Part shown: positions 54,985 through 64,000 of the stretch, piece by piece
How the letters are laid out: every line of letters begins with the position of its first letter
Numbering within the stretch: the first letter of the stretch is position 1
DNA from: Spirochaetales bacterium
Lineage (GTDB): Bacteria; Spirochaetota; Spirochaetia; JABEVK01
Reading direction: 5' to 3'
NCBI GenBank assembly: GCA_037142615.1
Contig: JBAXAI010000006.1
Location: 32,001 to 96,000 of the forward strand
Length of the DNA stretch: 64,000 bases
Notes under the pieces: model-generated
Databases searched by the model: none
Told to the model about the DNA's origin: nothing
Seen by the model: only the letters and a program-made list of their open reading frames with translations
Made by a program: the position numbers and the translations under genes

Positions 54985-56123
54985 AAGCCACGTCAGCGAA
55001 TCCAGACAGCGACCTCTTGCTGCGCACGGTGACCAAACTTCAGCGTACCGCCGAGCGCTTGCAGGACAGCATGCCGTACACCACCGTCGCAGGGCGCTAC
55101 CAAAACTGTGAAAGCGTCGACCCCAGTTGGTGGACCAACAGTTTCTGGGCGGGCCTGCTGTGGCTCCTCTACCGCGAAACCAACGAGGCACGTTACCGCG
55201 TTTGGGCCGAGTCGGTCGAGGCCAAGCTCGACCAGGTGCTGCTGGACTACAACGGCCTCCACCACGACGTGGGCTTCCAATGGTTGCTCACCGCTGTACT
55301 CAGCCACGAAACCACCGGCAACGCCGCCTCGAGATCAAGGGCCCTGTTGGCAGCCTCGGTGTTGGCATCGCGCTTTAACCTTTCGGGGGGCTTTATCCGG
55401 GCCTGGAACTGGGATCAGCCGGGGCTGACCATTATTGACTGCCTGATGAACCTGCCGCTGCTCTATTGGGCCAGTCGGCAAACCGACGACGACCGCTTTG
55501 CCCAAATCGCCCGGGCGCATACCGACAAGGTCGTCGCCCACTACCTTCGCGACGACGGCTCGGTGCCTCACATTGTGGTTTTTGACGCCCCCACGGGTGC
55601 CAAACTCGACACGCCGCGTGGGCAGGGGTTCGCTGCCGGCTCTTCCTGGAGCCGGGGGCAAGCCTGGGCACTTTATGGCCTGGCGCAGGGCCATCGTTGG
55701 ACCGGCCAGGCCACCTACTTGGAGGCCGCGCGGCGCGTGGCAGCGTTCCTGTTGCGGGCCCTGCCAGCCACCGGCTATTTGCCGCCCTGCGACTACGCCC
55801 AGCCGGCCCAACCGGAGCGTTGGGACAGCAGTGCCGGCGCGGTGACGGCGTGTGGGTTTCTGGAGCTCGCGGCGCAGGTACCCGCTTCCGAGGGCCAGAA
55901 GTATGCGAATGCTGCCGAGTGCCTTCTTTCGGCGCTCGAAACCCGTTGCCTGGCAGCGGGCGACGAGGCCCTGCTGACGCTCGGTACTTCGGCCTACCAC
56001 ACCGGCGACAGCCGCTGGGATGTGGTTCACGGAGCTCTTATCTACGGTGACTACTACTTTCTCGAGGCCCTGTTGAAACTGAGGGCCTGGCACACAACTC
56101 AAGGAGCACTTTCCCATGAATGA
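54981..56123 (+). CDS. GH88 unsaturated glucuronyl hydrolase
   Basis: WWTNSFWAG, HHDVGF, IRAWN, IIDCLMNLPLL, WSRGQAWALYG, DSSAG, IYGDYYFLEAL. Confidence 0.92.
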   Translation: MKATSANPDSDLLLRTVTKLQRTAERLQDSMPYTTVAGRYQNCESVDPSWWTNSFWAGLLWLLYRETNEARYRVWAESVEAKLDQVLLDYNGLHHDVGFQWLLTAVLSHETTGNAASRSRALLAASVLASRFNLSGGFIRAWNWDQPGLTIIDCLMNLPLLYWASRQTDDDRFAQIARAHTDKVVAHYLRDDGSVPHIVVFDAPTGAKLDTPRGQGFAAGSSWSRGQAWALYGLAQGHRWTGQATYLEAARRVAAFLLRALPATGYLPPCDYAQPAQPERWDSSAGAVTACGFLELAAQVPASEGQKYANAAECLLSALETRCLAAGDEALLTLGTSAYHTGDSRWDVVHGALIYGDYYFLEALLKLRAWHTTQGALSHE

Positions 56124-57039
56124 CCGCCTTCCCCCCCTCACCCCCTACACCTTTGGCAGCATGTCGCTGGGCCACGACCCGGCCAAGTTCCCAGACGATG
56201 TCCGGGTCGCCCGGCACGCCATGGACCTCGGGCTCTGGGTGCATTCCAGCCGCGCGTACGCAGGAGGCAAAACGTTTGAAGTGCTAAAGAAGGCCTTCGA
56301 CGAGGCGCCGGCAAAACGTCCCCGCACCATGTTCAAGGTCTCGTGCGAGAGCGCGACCGAGCTGGCGGCCGACGTGGAGTTCACGCTGACGTCGCTGGGC
56401 CTCCCCAAAATCGAAATCGCCCAACTGGCGGGCAAGACCCACCAGAAGCGAGACATTGTCGCCGACTTTCTGACGCAAGGACCCATGTACCAGACTTGCA
56501 GCCGGCTCAAGGAACAGGGACTGGTGGATCGCTTTGTGTTCGAGATCTTTTACAGCTACTCGGCGGACGCGCTCAAGGCCGTGCAGAATGACCTGTTCGA
56601 CGGCTACATTTTCTACTACAGCCTTCTGGAGCGACAGGTCAGCAACGAAATCTGGCAGCTTCTCTGGGAGCGCCAACTGCCGGTGCTCGCCCTTCGCCCC
56701 GTCGCCGGGTCCTTCCTCACCGACTCGCCCAAGCTTCGCGAGCGCCGCCAAACCGATCCAAAACATCCAGCTTTCCAGCGGCTTGACGAGCTCGCTCCGG
56801 TGCTGGCCGCGTCGGACTGCCACGACTTGCTCGAGCTCAGCCTCCGCTTTCTGGCCTCGCACCCGAACGTGGTCACGGCCATCGCCGGTACGGGAAGTTT
56901 GGCCCATCTGGACCAGCTCGAGTCGTCGGTACGAACCGCCAAACCGCTGGCGCCAGAACTGGTCGAGAGGATCCGCACTCTCCACCGAACCTGGTGCAGC
57001 CAAGAGGCAACCTACCAGTTCGCGAAGGAACTCTGGTAG
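56116..57039 (+). CDS. Aldo/keto reductase family protein (divergent)
   Basis: GSMSLG, AY..G, YSLLER, ALRPVAG, LRF..SHP.V..AIAG motifs. Confidence 0.75.
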   Translation: MNDRLPPLTPYTFGSMSLGHDPAKFPDDVRVARHAMDLGLWVHSSRAYAGGKTFEVLKKAFDEAPAKRPRTMFKVSCESATELAADVEFTLTSLGLPKIEIAQLAGKTHQKRDIVADFLTQGPMYQTCSRLKEQGLVDRFVFEIFYSYSADALKAVQNDLFDGYIFYYSLLERQVSNEIWQLLWERQLPVLALRPVAGSFLTDSPKLRERRQTDPKHPAFQRLDELAPVLAASDCHDLLELSLRFLASHPNVVTAIAGTGSLAHLDQLESSVRTAKPLAPELVERIRTLHRTWCSQEATYQFAKELW

Positions 57040-57052
57040 GCAACCCTGTGCG

Positions 57053-58507
57053 TCAGCGGGTCCGGAGGAAAAGACTCTTGACCCGCGTGTAGGCGAGCAG
57101 GCTTTCGATGCCACCTTCGCGGCCAAAGCCGCTGAAGCCGATTCCGCCGAACGGAACTTCGATCCCGAAACCGCCAGAGCCGTTAACCGTAACATGGCTG
57201 GAGTTCAGCCGGCGCGCAAAGGCAATCGCCTTCCCCGGATCCTGCGTCCAAAGCTCGGCCGACAAACCATAGACGGTATCGTTGGCGAGGGCCAGCGCGG
57301 CTTCCTCATCCCCGTCGGGATAGGTCAAAATCGCCAACACGGGGCCGAAGATTTCCTGCTGGGCCAACGACATGTGCGTCTCGACGCCCGTGAAGACGGC
57401 GGGAGTGAGAAAACTTCCCTTCGCCAAAGAGGCGTCCACGGGAACTTCGCCTCCAAACTCCAGCCGGGCCCCTTCGTTCTTGCCTCGGGCAATCGCCGCC
57501 AGCACTTCCTCCCGTTGCCGGAAATTGACCAGTGGCCCCATGCGAGCCCCCGAGTGGGAGTGCCCCAACGCGACCTGACGGAAGATCTCTTTGACGACCT
57601 TGGTCACCGCAGCCAGTTGGGAAGCCGGCACAATCAAGCGCGACCGGCAACCACACGATTGCCCTGAGTTGTGGATAATCCCGTTGGCGCAGCCCGAGGC
57701 CGCTCGCAAAGCGTCCCCGTCGGAAAGCACCAGACAGGGCGCCTTTCCACCCAGTTCGAGCGACAAAACCGGTACCAGCGTCGAAGCGGCGGCCTTCAGC
57801 ACGTCTTGGCCCACCTCGGCCGAACCGCAAAAGACCAGCCCGTCCAAGTCGCGGGAATGGATGAGCGCGTCTCCAGCCTCCGATCCGTAGCCAAGAACCA
57901 CGTTGAAGACTCCCGCAGGAAAGCCGGCCTCGGTGGCGAGGCGTGCAATTTCGAGCGACGAAAGGGGGGTGTCGCGAGCAGGTTTGGCGATCACCGTGTT
58001 GCCCGCGGCAAGGCAGGGCGCCGCCCCCCGGAGAAGGATATCGACCGGGTAGTTCCAGGGAATGATGTGAGCCACCACCCCCACGGGTTCGCGGCGGGTC
58101 ACGGCAAACTCCCCGCCCGGGAGAGGAATCTCCCGCCCGTCGAGCTTGTCCGCGTAGCCTGCGAAAAACTCGCAATAGCGGGCAGCGACGCTGATTTCGC
58201 CCTTGGCATCGCCCAAAGGTTTACCGTTTTCGCGGGCCAGCAGCCCGGCCAGGCGGTCTCGGTCTCTCTCGATGAGTTGGCCCAAGCGAAGGAGCCAGCG
58301 CCCCCGCTGAGCCGGGTCGACCCCCGCCCAAGACGGCGCCGTCAGGGCCTTGCGGGCCGCAGCGATCGCAGCCCGAACGTCCTCGGCGCCACCTCGAGCC
58401 GCCTTGCCGACAGGACTCCCGTCCCCGGGATCGAGCACCTCAAACCACTGTCCGTTGGCTGAAGGGCGCTCGTACCCGTCAATCCAGTGTCCCGTCACCT
58501 GTTCCAT
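57053..58507 (-). CDS. NAD(P)-dependent aldehyde dehydrogenase
   Basis: IIPWNYP, GNTVIAKPA, LELGGKAP, catalytic Cys in SGQSC, EIFGPV; AAGGAG RBS. Confidence 0.95.
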   Translation of the reverse strand: MEQVTGHWIDGYERPSANGQWFEVLDPGDGSPVGKAARGGAEDVRAAIAAARKALTAPSWAGVDPAQRGRWLLRLGQLIERDRDRLAGLLARENGKPLGDAKGEISVAARYCEFFAGYADKLDGREIPLPGGEFAVTRREPVGVVAHIIPWNYPVDILLRGAAPCLAAGNTVIAKPARDTPLSSLEIARLATEAGFPAGVFNVVLGYGSEAGDALIHSRDLDGLVFCGSAEVGQDVLKAAASTLVPVLSLELGGKAPCLVLSDGDALRAASGCANGIIHNSGQSCGCRSRLIVPASQLAAVTKVVKEIFRQVALGHSHSGARMGPLVNFRQREEVLAAIARGKNEGARLEFGGEVPVDASLAKGSFLTPAVFTGVETHMSLAQQEIFGPVLAILTYPDGDEEAALALANDTVYGLSAELWTQDPGKAIAFARRLNSSHVTVNGSGGFGIEVPFGGIGFSGFGREGGIESLLAYTRVKSLFLRTR

Positions 58508-58551
58508 AACTTTGCTCCTCTTTACGGACGCCTTGCGGAGTTCCCGCTTGA

Positions 58552-58605
58552 AGTCTAGCACAGACTCTAGTTATGTCAACCTGTTATCTAACGTATTTGT
58601 GTAAC
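58552..58605 (-). promoter_or_regulatory. Promoter TTGACA-N16-TAGACT with ROK-type operator at 58583-58605
   Basis: GTTATCTAACGTATTTGTGTAAC 3 bp upstream of the -35, as at 45391, 52996 and 53111. Confidence 0.7.
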
Positions 58606-58636
58606 GTGACGTGGCAGATTGTCCGGGCGACGTGAC

Positions 58637-60703
58637 TCAGCCCAGCAGGTCACCTGCCTTCAGGAAGGTTTCGAGGTCGGCCGACGCGGCCCGGGTAAAA
58701 ACGGGAATGCGGCCCACGGGCGCCAACACGGTGTAGGTTCGCCCCGGGCCAGTTGCCCCGCCGAACCGCTTGCCCGTCCCGAGTTGAACCCAGTCACCTG
58801 CGGGCAGGTACACCTGGCGACTGCGGTAGCCTTCGCGGACTACCGGCGCGACGAGCAGGTCGGCGCCGAGCATGAACTGGTCTTTGATCGTCCAGCACAC
58901 GTCGTCGCCCTCAAACTCCCAAAACAGAGGGCGCATCACGGCGATTCCGGTGGCGGCGTTTTCAGCGATCAGGCGCCTTCGATACGGTGCCAGCGCCTGG
59001 AACAATTGGCCAAACCGAGCCAGGTGGTCCAGCGTTTCGTCGTCGCTGTCGAACTGCCAGTTGTCGCCGGGCCGGTTGCCTTCGTGCGAGCGCATCAGCA
59101 CCGTGAACGCCGACAACTCCACCCACCGCTGGAACAACTCGCGGGTGCGCTTCATGCCAAACAGCGTGGTGTAACCGCCCATGTCGCTGTGATGCAGGCC
59201 CATGCCGCACACGGCCAGCGACAACGCGGCGGGAATCACCGAGATCAGGCCGTCGTCCTCGGACCAGTCGACGTTCTGGTCGCCGGCCCACGCCATGCCG
59301 CACCACTTTTGGCTCCCGGTGTACCCGGCGCGCATAAAGTACAGAATCTCGTCGCGCGCGCCCACCTCGTCGATGGCTTCGCGGTTGATGCGCGCCCAGA
59401 TGGCCGGCCATTCGTTGTGCGCCAGCTCGGCAGGGGTGCCGTCGTGCAGCACCACGTCGGTGGGCAGGTACTCGCCAAAGTCGGCCATCCACCCGGCCAG
59501 GCCAAACGCGATCAGGTTGGTCTGGATCACCTTTTTGTACCAAACGCAGGCGGCCGGGAGCGTAAAGTCGACAATACCAGCGTCGAACTCGCCAAAATCG
59601 ACAAAATAGTCCTCGCCCTTCCGGTTCTTCACCAGGTAGCCCTTGGCCTGCGCCTCTTGGCACAGCGGTTTGTCTTTCACCACGTAGGGGTTGATGTAGC
59701 CGAGGAACCGAACACCCCGCTGGCGGAGCTTGGGCAGGGCGGCGTCGAGGCCGGGGTAGTGCTTTTCGTCCCATTGCCAGTTCCACATCAGGCGCTTGCC
59801 AAAGCTGGTGATCCGTTGGCCCTGCCAGTCCTGGGCCCAAATGCCCACGACCGGGACCTGGTGCGTTTGCGCGCGTTCCAGCTTGTCGAGGCACACCTGC
59901 GTGCCCCCCTGAATGCCCAGAATCACCCCGTCTTGGGTCCATTCCGGGAGAACAGGCTGGCGGCCCAACAGGTGCGACAGCGATTGGGCACAGGCCTTGA
60001 GGGTGGCCCCGGTTCCCAGCGTCAGGCGCGGGGGAATCTCGTGGAACTCGAGCGCGTGACGGTCGGCCTTCGAAAAGTCGAACACCGCGTAGGCTCGGCT
60101 GTCGGCGTGCAGCCAGTACCGTGCCGACGACACAAACGTGGGCTGGGGGAAGAACGTCCACCAGTAGTCGCCGCCGGCTTTGTCGAGCACGTCGGCCTTC
60201 CACGTGACCCAAGTGCTCTTGTTGCGGCCCACGCCTTGCTCGCTGGTCCACAGGGGAAACCGCCGGCCACGCAGATCGAAGTGCGAGAACTGCTCGCCAC
60301 AACCGTAAATATGCTCGTCGGCACCGGCGTCGAGCTCGAGCCACAACCGGTTCCACCGGGCGTTGGTGCAGCGGGGCAAGACTTCGAGCCGTTGGTGCAC
60401 GGCTTTCCGGTCGGCCACTTCCTGCGGCCGAAACTCCAGGCGCAAGGTGCAGTCGGCAGCGTCGGCGGCAACGCGCGGGAACAGCTCGAGCAGGCCCGTT
60501 GCTGCGGTGAACCGCCAGCCCTCGAGTGGGACCTTCTGAAACAGGTGATCCTGCACCTGAAAGTTGCCCCGGTACATCTGAATGTCGTCCTGGCCTTGGC
60601 CCAAAGCGGCGCAAGGTCGTTGCACACTGTGGCGCAACACAAGCCGACCCTCGAACGACAGTTCGAAGCCTTCGGCGGTTTCGGCGAAATGCAGACCCCT
60701 CAT
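58637..60703 (-). CDS. yihQ: Sulfoquinovosidase (GH31, YihQ family)
   Basis: GIWAQDWQGQRITSFGKRLMWNW (sulfonate-binding Q/R/W), nucleophile WMADFGEY, acid/base WAGDQ, HSDMGGYT. Confidence 0.9.
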   Translation of the reverse strand: MRGLHFAETAEGFELSFEGRLVLRHSVQRPCAALGQGQDDIQMYRGNFQVQDHLFQKVPLEGWRFTAATGLLELFPRVAADAADCTLRLEFRPQEVADRKAVHQRLEVLPRCTNARWNRLWLELDAGADEHIYGCGEQFSHFDLRGRRFPLWTSEQGVGRNKSTWVTWKADVLDKAGGDYWWTFFPQPTFVSSARYWLHADSRAYAVFDFSKADRHALEFHEIPPRLTLGTGATLKACAQSLSHLLGRQPVLPEWTQDGVILGIQGGTQVCLDKLERAQTHQVPVVGIWAQDWQGQRITSFGKRLMWNWQWDEKHYPGLDAALPKLRQRGVRFLGYINPYVVKDKPLCQEAQAKGYLVKNRKGEDYFVDFGEFDAGIVDFTLPAACVWYKKVIQTNLIAFGLAGWMADFGEYLPTDVVLHDGTPAELAHNEWPAIWARINREAIDEVGARDEILYFMRAGYTGSQKWCGMAWAGDQNVDWSEDDGLISVIPAALSLAVCGMGLHHSDMGGYTTLFGMKRTRELFQRWVELSAFTVLMRSHEGNRPGDNWQFDSDDETLDHLARFGQLFQALAPYRRRLIAENAATGIAVMRPLFWEFEGDDVCWTIKDQFMLGADLLVAPVVREGYRSRQVYLPAGDWVQLGTGKRFGGATGPGRTYTVLAPVGRIPVFTRAASADLETFLKAGDLLG

Positions 60704-60705
60704 GG

Positions 60706-61548
60706 TTAGCCCTTGACCCCGCCGGAAGTCAGCCCGGCGATGATTTTGTTGTGCATGAACACATAAACAGCCACGGTGGGCAAAATGGACAACATGATGG
60801 CGGCAAACATCGGACCGTAGTCCGTCAGGAACTGGCTCTGAAAGAACCGGATGCCGAGCTGCACGGTACGGGTCGTCTCGCTCGAGGTGAACAGCATGGC
60901 CAGGATGAACTCATTCCAGGCGTAGATGAAGCAGAAGGTGCCCGCCGTGGCCAAGCCCGACTGGGCGAGCGGTAAAATCACCTTCCAAAAGCGGTCGATG
61001 AAGTTGCAGCCGTCGATGGTGGCCGCCTCTTCCAGTTCCTTGGGAATGGCCTTCATAAACGACGTGAGCAAAAAGATCGACACCGGGATGTTGACCGCCG
61101 AATACACCAAAATGAGGGCCAGCAGATTGTTGTACAGCCCGATGCGGTTGACCAGGATGAAGTACGGCACCAGGAACGAAATGATGGGGATCAGCACTCC
61201 GGCCGTCAGCATCACGTACAGAAAGTCCTTGCCTGGAAACTTTTCACGCGCAAAGACAAACGACGCCAAGGCCGCCACCACGAGGTTGAGCAGCACAGTA
61301 AAGGCGGCCACGAGGATGGAGTTCATGAACAGAACCGGCAGGTTGGCCACCGAAAGCGCGTTCGCGTAGTTGACGAACTGCGGAACCGCCGGCAGCGTGA
61401 ACCCGCTGGTCTCGATCTCGAAGCTGGTCTTGAGCGATGAAACCAACAACCACAGGAAGGGCATCAGCGTCACGATCAAGAAGAACAGCAGGATGGCCCA
61501 CTTGAGCAAAAAGCCGGGGTAGTCGCGAACGGTCAGTTTTGTGGTCAT
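60706..61548 (-). CDS. Carbohydrate ABC permease (MalG-type), SQ locus
   Basis: IPKELEEAATIDG, WNEF, GLTSGGVKG. Confidence 0.92.
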   Translation of the reverse strand: MTTKLTVRDYPGFLLKWAILLFFLIVTLMPFLWLLVSSLKTSFEIETSGFTLPAVPQFVNYANALSVANLPVLFMNSILVAAFTVLLNLVVAALASFVFAREKFPGKDFLYVMLTAGVLIPIISFLVPYFILVNRIGLYNNLLALILVYSAVNIPVSIFLLTSFMKAIPKELEEAATIDGCNFIDRFWKVILPLAQSGLATAGTFCFIYAWNEFILAMLFTSSETTRTVQLGIRFFQSQFLTDYGPMFAAIMLSILPTVAVYVFMHNKIIAGLTSGGVKG

Positions 61549-61557
61549 GGTAGGTTC

Positions 61558-62448
61558 CTATTGGGAGGCGTCGGACATCGGGTCTTTGCTGCCGAAAATG
61601 GCGCGCAGCAGCACAATCATGCCGGTACCGAAGGCAATGAGGATGAGCGCAACCGCGCCCGCCCGCCCGTATTGAAGCTCGTCCATCTGCTGAAACAAAA
61701 CGATACCCATGGTGGTGGTGGAATACGCCGGGCCCCCTCCGGTCATCAGAAAGGTCGCCTCAAAGTGGCGGATTCCATAGGCCATGGCCAGCGTCGCCGA
61801 CGTGACCAGCGTTCCCCGGAGCATGGGAATCGTGATGGCGAACTCCTGTTGCGTGCGCGTGGCCCCGTCGAGCTCGGCGGCCTCGTAGAGTTCGATGGGA
61901 ATGTTCGTGGCGGCGGCCATCAGAATGATCATGAAGTAACCGATGTACAGCACCGACTGGGCAATGATGGCGGCCAAAGCCGTGGCGGGAACTCCCAGCC
62001 AGTGGTAGTGGGCCAAATCGGGAAAAATCGGCGCCAGGAGCGCGTTGAGCAGGCCGTGATTGGGGTTGTACACCTGCGTCCACATCATCGCGATGGCCAC
62101 CGCCGAAATCACGTTCGGCAAAAAGAAGATCGTGCGGAAAGCTCCCCAGCCCTTGGGTTTGCGGTTGAGCAGGATGGCGACCAACAGAGCCAGCGGCACC
62201 TGGATGAACCCCGAGGCCAGCGCCCAGATCAGGTTGTTTCCCAGGGCCATCTGGAACGTGTCGTCGGTAAACAGCCGCTCGAAGTTCCTCAGCCCGATGA
62301 ACTCCATGTCGCCGATGCCTTTCCACTTCATCACGCTGGTTTGCGCGGTGAAGAACAAGGGAAAGACGAAGAACAGGACAAACAGGATCAGCACAGGCAG
62401 AAGAAACAGCACGATGTAGAGTCCGTTCCGGTTGCGGCTTCGGGCCAT
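61558..62448 (-). CDS. Carbohydrate ABC permease (MalF-type), SQ locus
   Basis: FIGLRNF, FFLPNVIS, LYEAAELDGA, MTGGGP. Confidence 0.92.
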   Translation of the reverse strand: MARSRNRNGLYIVLFLLPVLILFVLFFVFPLFFTAQTSVMKWKGIGDMEFIGLRNFERLFTDDTFQMALGNNLIWALASGFIQVPLALLVAILLNRKPKGWGAFRTIFFLPNVISAVAIAMMWTQVYNPNHGLLNALLAPIFPDLAHYHWLGVPATALAAIIAQSVLYIGYFMIILMAAATNIPIELYEAAELDGATRTQQEFAITIPMLRGTLVTSATLAMAYGIRHFEATFLMTGGGPAYSTTTMGIVLFQQMDELQYGRAGAVALILIAFGTGMIVLLRAIFGSKDPMSDASQ

Positions 62449-62463
62449 AGAGTCCTCCTGAAG

Positions 62464-62496
62464 AAAAAAACGGACCGGTCACACGCCTGACCGGTC
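62464..62496 (-). terminator. Hairpin plus U-tract after the SBP gene
   Basis: GACCGGTCA-GGCGTG-TGACCGGTC-CG-T7 on the minus strand. Confidence 0.75.
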
Positions 62497-62514
62497 ACAA
62501 GCTGCGATGAAACT

Positions 62515-63771
62515 CTAGTCTTCGAGCTTCTTGGCGATGGCCTTCAGCATGTCGGCTTCGGTGGTTTCACCGGCAACGTACTTGCTGATCAGCTGGCCAA
62601 ACTCTGCCACGGCGGCGGGTCCGAGCGCCACTTCGAGGTTGGGAACCGTGAAGGAGGCCTTCTGGACCAGGTCCATAAAGCGCTGCATGCCCTTTTCGAC
62701 GGGAGTGGCGGCCTGGAAGGTAAAGGGAACCGTGAACATCGCACCGGAAGCCAGCGAAATCTTCTTCACGCTGTCGGGTGACGTCAGCACCTTGAGGAAG
62801 GTGATGATGGCGGCGCGACGGGCGGGATCCTTGGTTTCGCCAGCGGCGAGCATGGCCTGCAGGAACATGGGAACCGAGTTCTTGTAGGTGCCGAACGACG
62901 GCAGGTAGTCAAACGCCAGGTTGGAGAACACGGCGGGGCCGTCCTTCTCGGAGGGAGCCAAGCGCCACGAACCGTTGGAGTAGATGGCCGACTCTTCCTT
63001 GAGGAAGTGACCGTTGGCAATCGCCGGAGCGGCACCCACCGAGTCAACGTTGGCGTAGCTGAACATCTTCTTCAGGTCCTTGAGCGATTCGACGAACACC
63101 GGGTCGGTGATGGGCTTCGACCAGACATTTTCGCCGCCACGGGTGGCCGCAATCTGGGTGAACCACAGCATGGTGATGTAGGCGTTGGTGCCACCGGTGT
63201 TCTGGGCGATGGGGCTGATGCCCAGCGCCTTGAGCTTGTCGGCAGCGGCCCAGAACTCAGCCGAGGTGGCGGGAACCTTGGTGACGCCGGCCTTCTTGAG
63301 CAGCGCCATGTTGTACCAGACGGGGGTGACGCCCACTTCGAAGGGGAGCGACTTGAGCTGGCCCTTGATGGTGGCCTGCTTGATCGAGGCTGCGGGGAAC
63401 GACTTGGCCCAAGTACCGGTCAGGTCCTTGCTGAAGTCCATCACCAACGGAGATTTGTAGAACTCCGAGGTAGCAGGGTTGAGCTTGAACGTGAAAATGT
63501 CGCCCGGGCTGGTACCGGCGGCCAACGAGGTGCGGATCTTCTGCTCATAGGCGTCGTAGTTGGGTTGGGCCTCAATATCAACACGGATCTTGCCCACATT
63601 GGCGGCATTGAACGCGTCGACAATCTCCTTGACGGGTGCGGCTTTGGCGTCGCCACCGACCCAGATACAGGGCCAGGTGAGCACAATTTCCTGGGCCGCC
63701 GCCTGGGCACCCACGAGCGTCAAGACAACGCCAAGCGTCGTCAGAAACTTCAGAACTTTGCTGGTTCGCAT
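62515..63771 (-). CDS. Carbohydrate ABC substrate-binding protein (putative SQ/SQ-glycerol binding)
   Basis: Signal peptide (AAA-Q), type II SBP motifs (WYNMALLKKAG, NGSW); upstream of the permeases and yihQ. Confidence 0.85.
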   Translation of the reverse strand: MRTSKVLKFLTTLGVVLTLVGAQAAAQEIVLTWPCIWVGGDAKAAPVKEIVDAFNAANVGKIRVDIEAQPNYDAYEQKIRTSLAAGTSPGDIFTFKLNPATSEFYKSPLVMDFSKDLTGTWAKSFPAASIKQATIKGQLKSLPFEVGVTPVWYNMALLKKAGVTKVPATSAEFWAAADKLKALGISPIAQNTGGTNAYITMLWFTQIAATRGGENVWSKPITDPVFVESLKDLKKMFSYANVDSVGAAPAIANGHFLKEESAIYSNGSWRLAPSEKDGPAVFSNLAFDYLPSFGTYKNSVPMFLQAMLAAGETKDPARRAAIITFLKVLTSPDSVKKISLASGAMFTVPFTFQAATPVEKGMQRFMDLVQKASFTVPNLEVALGPAAVAEFGQLISKYVAGETTEADMLKAIAKKLED

Positions 63772-63817
63772 ACTCTTCTCTCCTCTTTTGACTTTTTCCC
63801 TTGCTAGGGATTTAATT

Positions 63818-64000
63818 TCAAACAACCAACATCACGATTCCCGTGACAAACAGCATCGAAAACACGATCTTGGCGAACAGGTCGGAATCGACCCGCCGAT
63901 GCGCAAACTCCCCGGCGATGATGCCGGCAATCAGGAAGGGTGACATCAGGCCCAGTTCGCCCAGCGACTCGGTGGTAAACATGCCCTGCAGGTAAAACTG
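63818..64000 (-). CDS. TauE/SafE-family sulfite/organosulfonate exporter (C-terminal fragment)
   Basis: Not in the ORF track. Open frame ...QFYLQGMFTTESLGELGLMSPFLIAGIIAGEFAHRRVDSDLFAKIVFSMLFVTGIVMLVV* fits the TauE C-terminal pattern; context next to yihQ. Confidence 0.65.
   Translation of the reverse strand, partial: QFYLQGMFTTESLGELGLMSPFLIAGIIAGEFAHRRVDSDLFAKIVFSMLFVTGIVMLVV

Noticed and set aside
58637-60703. GH31 as an alpha-1,4-glucan lyase supplying 1,5-anhydrofructose to the GRE island
   Set aside because: It carries the YihQ sulfonate-binding signature and sits with TauE and its own ABC importer.
1-64000. tRNA, rRNA, riboswitch, IS or integron elements
   Set aside because: Intergenic gaps are short and explained by promoters, operators and hairpins; no such signatures were recognised by eye (an Infernal/Rfam scan would confirm).

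Overview
High-GC (~60-65%) bacterial chromosome segment, densely coding. It is most likely a fermentative spirochaete (inference from the EAAHAG-type MCP, lipoprotein style and LolD/LolE-type ABC). I see no rRNA, tRNA, CRISPR, IS or phage genes. The window is a carbohydrate-catabolism region with five modules. (1) 1-8.6 kb: membrane-anchored AraC, two acyltransferases, a polytopic membrane protein and a LolD/FtsX-type ABC system. (2) 8.7-17.2 kb: LacI-controlled starch/maltodextrin operon with SusE/F-like binding proteins. (3) 17.3-43 kb: island with BOTH a PflD-like and a YbiW(PflF)-like glycyl radical enzyme, their activases (one fused in frame to an atypical ROK kinase), a ribose-type ABC importer, a ROK kinase, two GMC flavoproteins, a Gfo/Idh/MocA oxidoreductase, a divergent 3-epimerase, phosphatases and AraC/DeoR regulators, but no PTS and no Fsa aldolase. 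(4) 43.1-58.6 kb: ROK-regulated polysaccharide locus (two GH9, GH88, GH105, Lpl-type ABC). (5) 58.6-64 kb: sulfoquinovose locus (yihQ, ABC importer, partial TauE exporter). Repeated cis-elements visible in the intergenic DNA define four regulons, and several genes appear to be leaderless. The best candidate for a new system is the PTS- and aldolase-free dual-GRE anhydrosugar island. Family assignments are from motif recognition by eye, not database searches.
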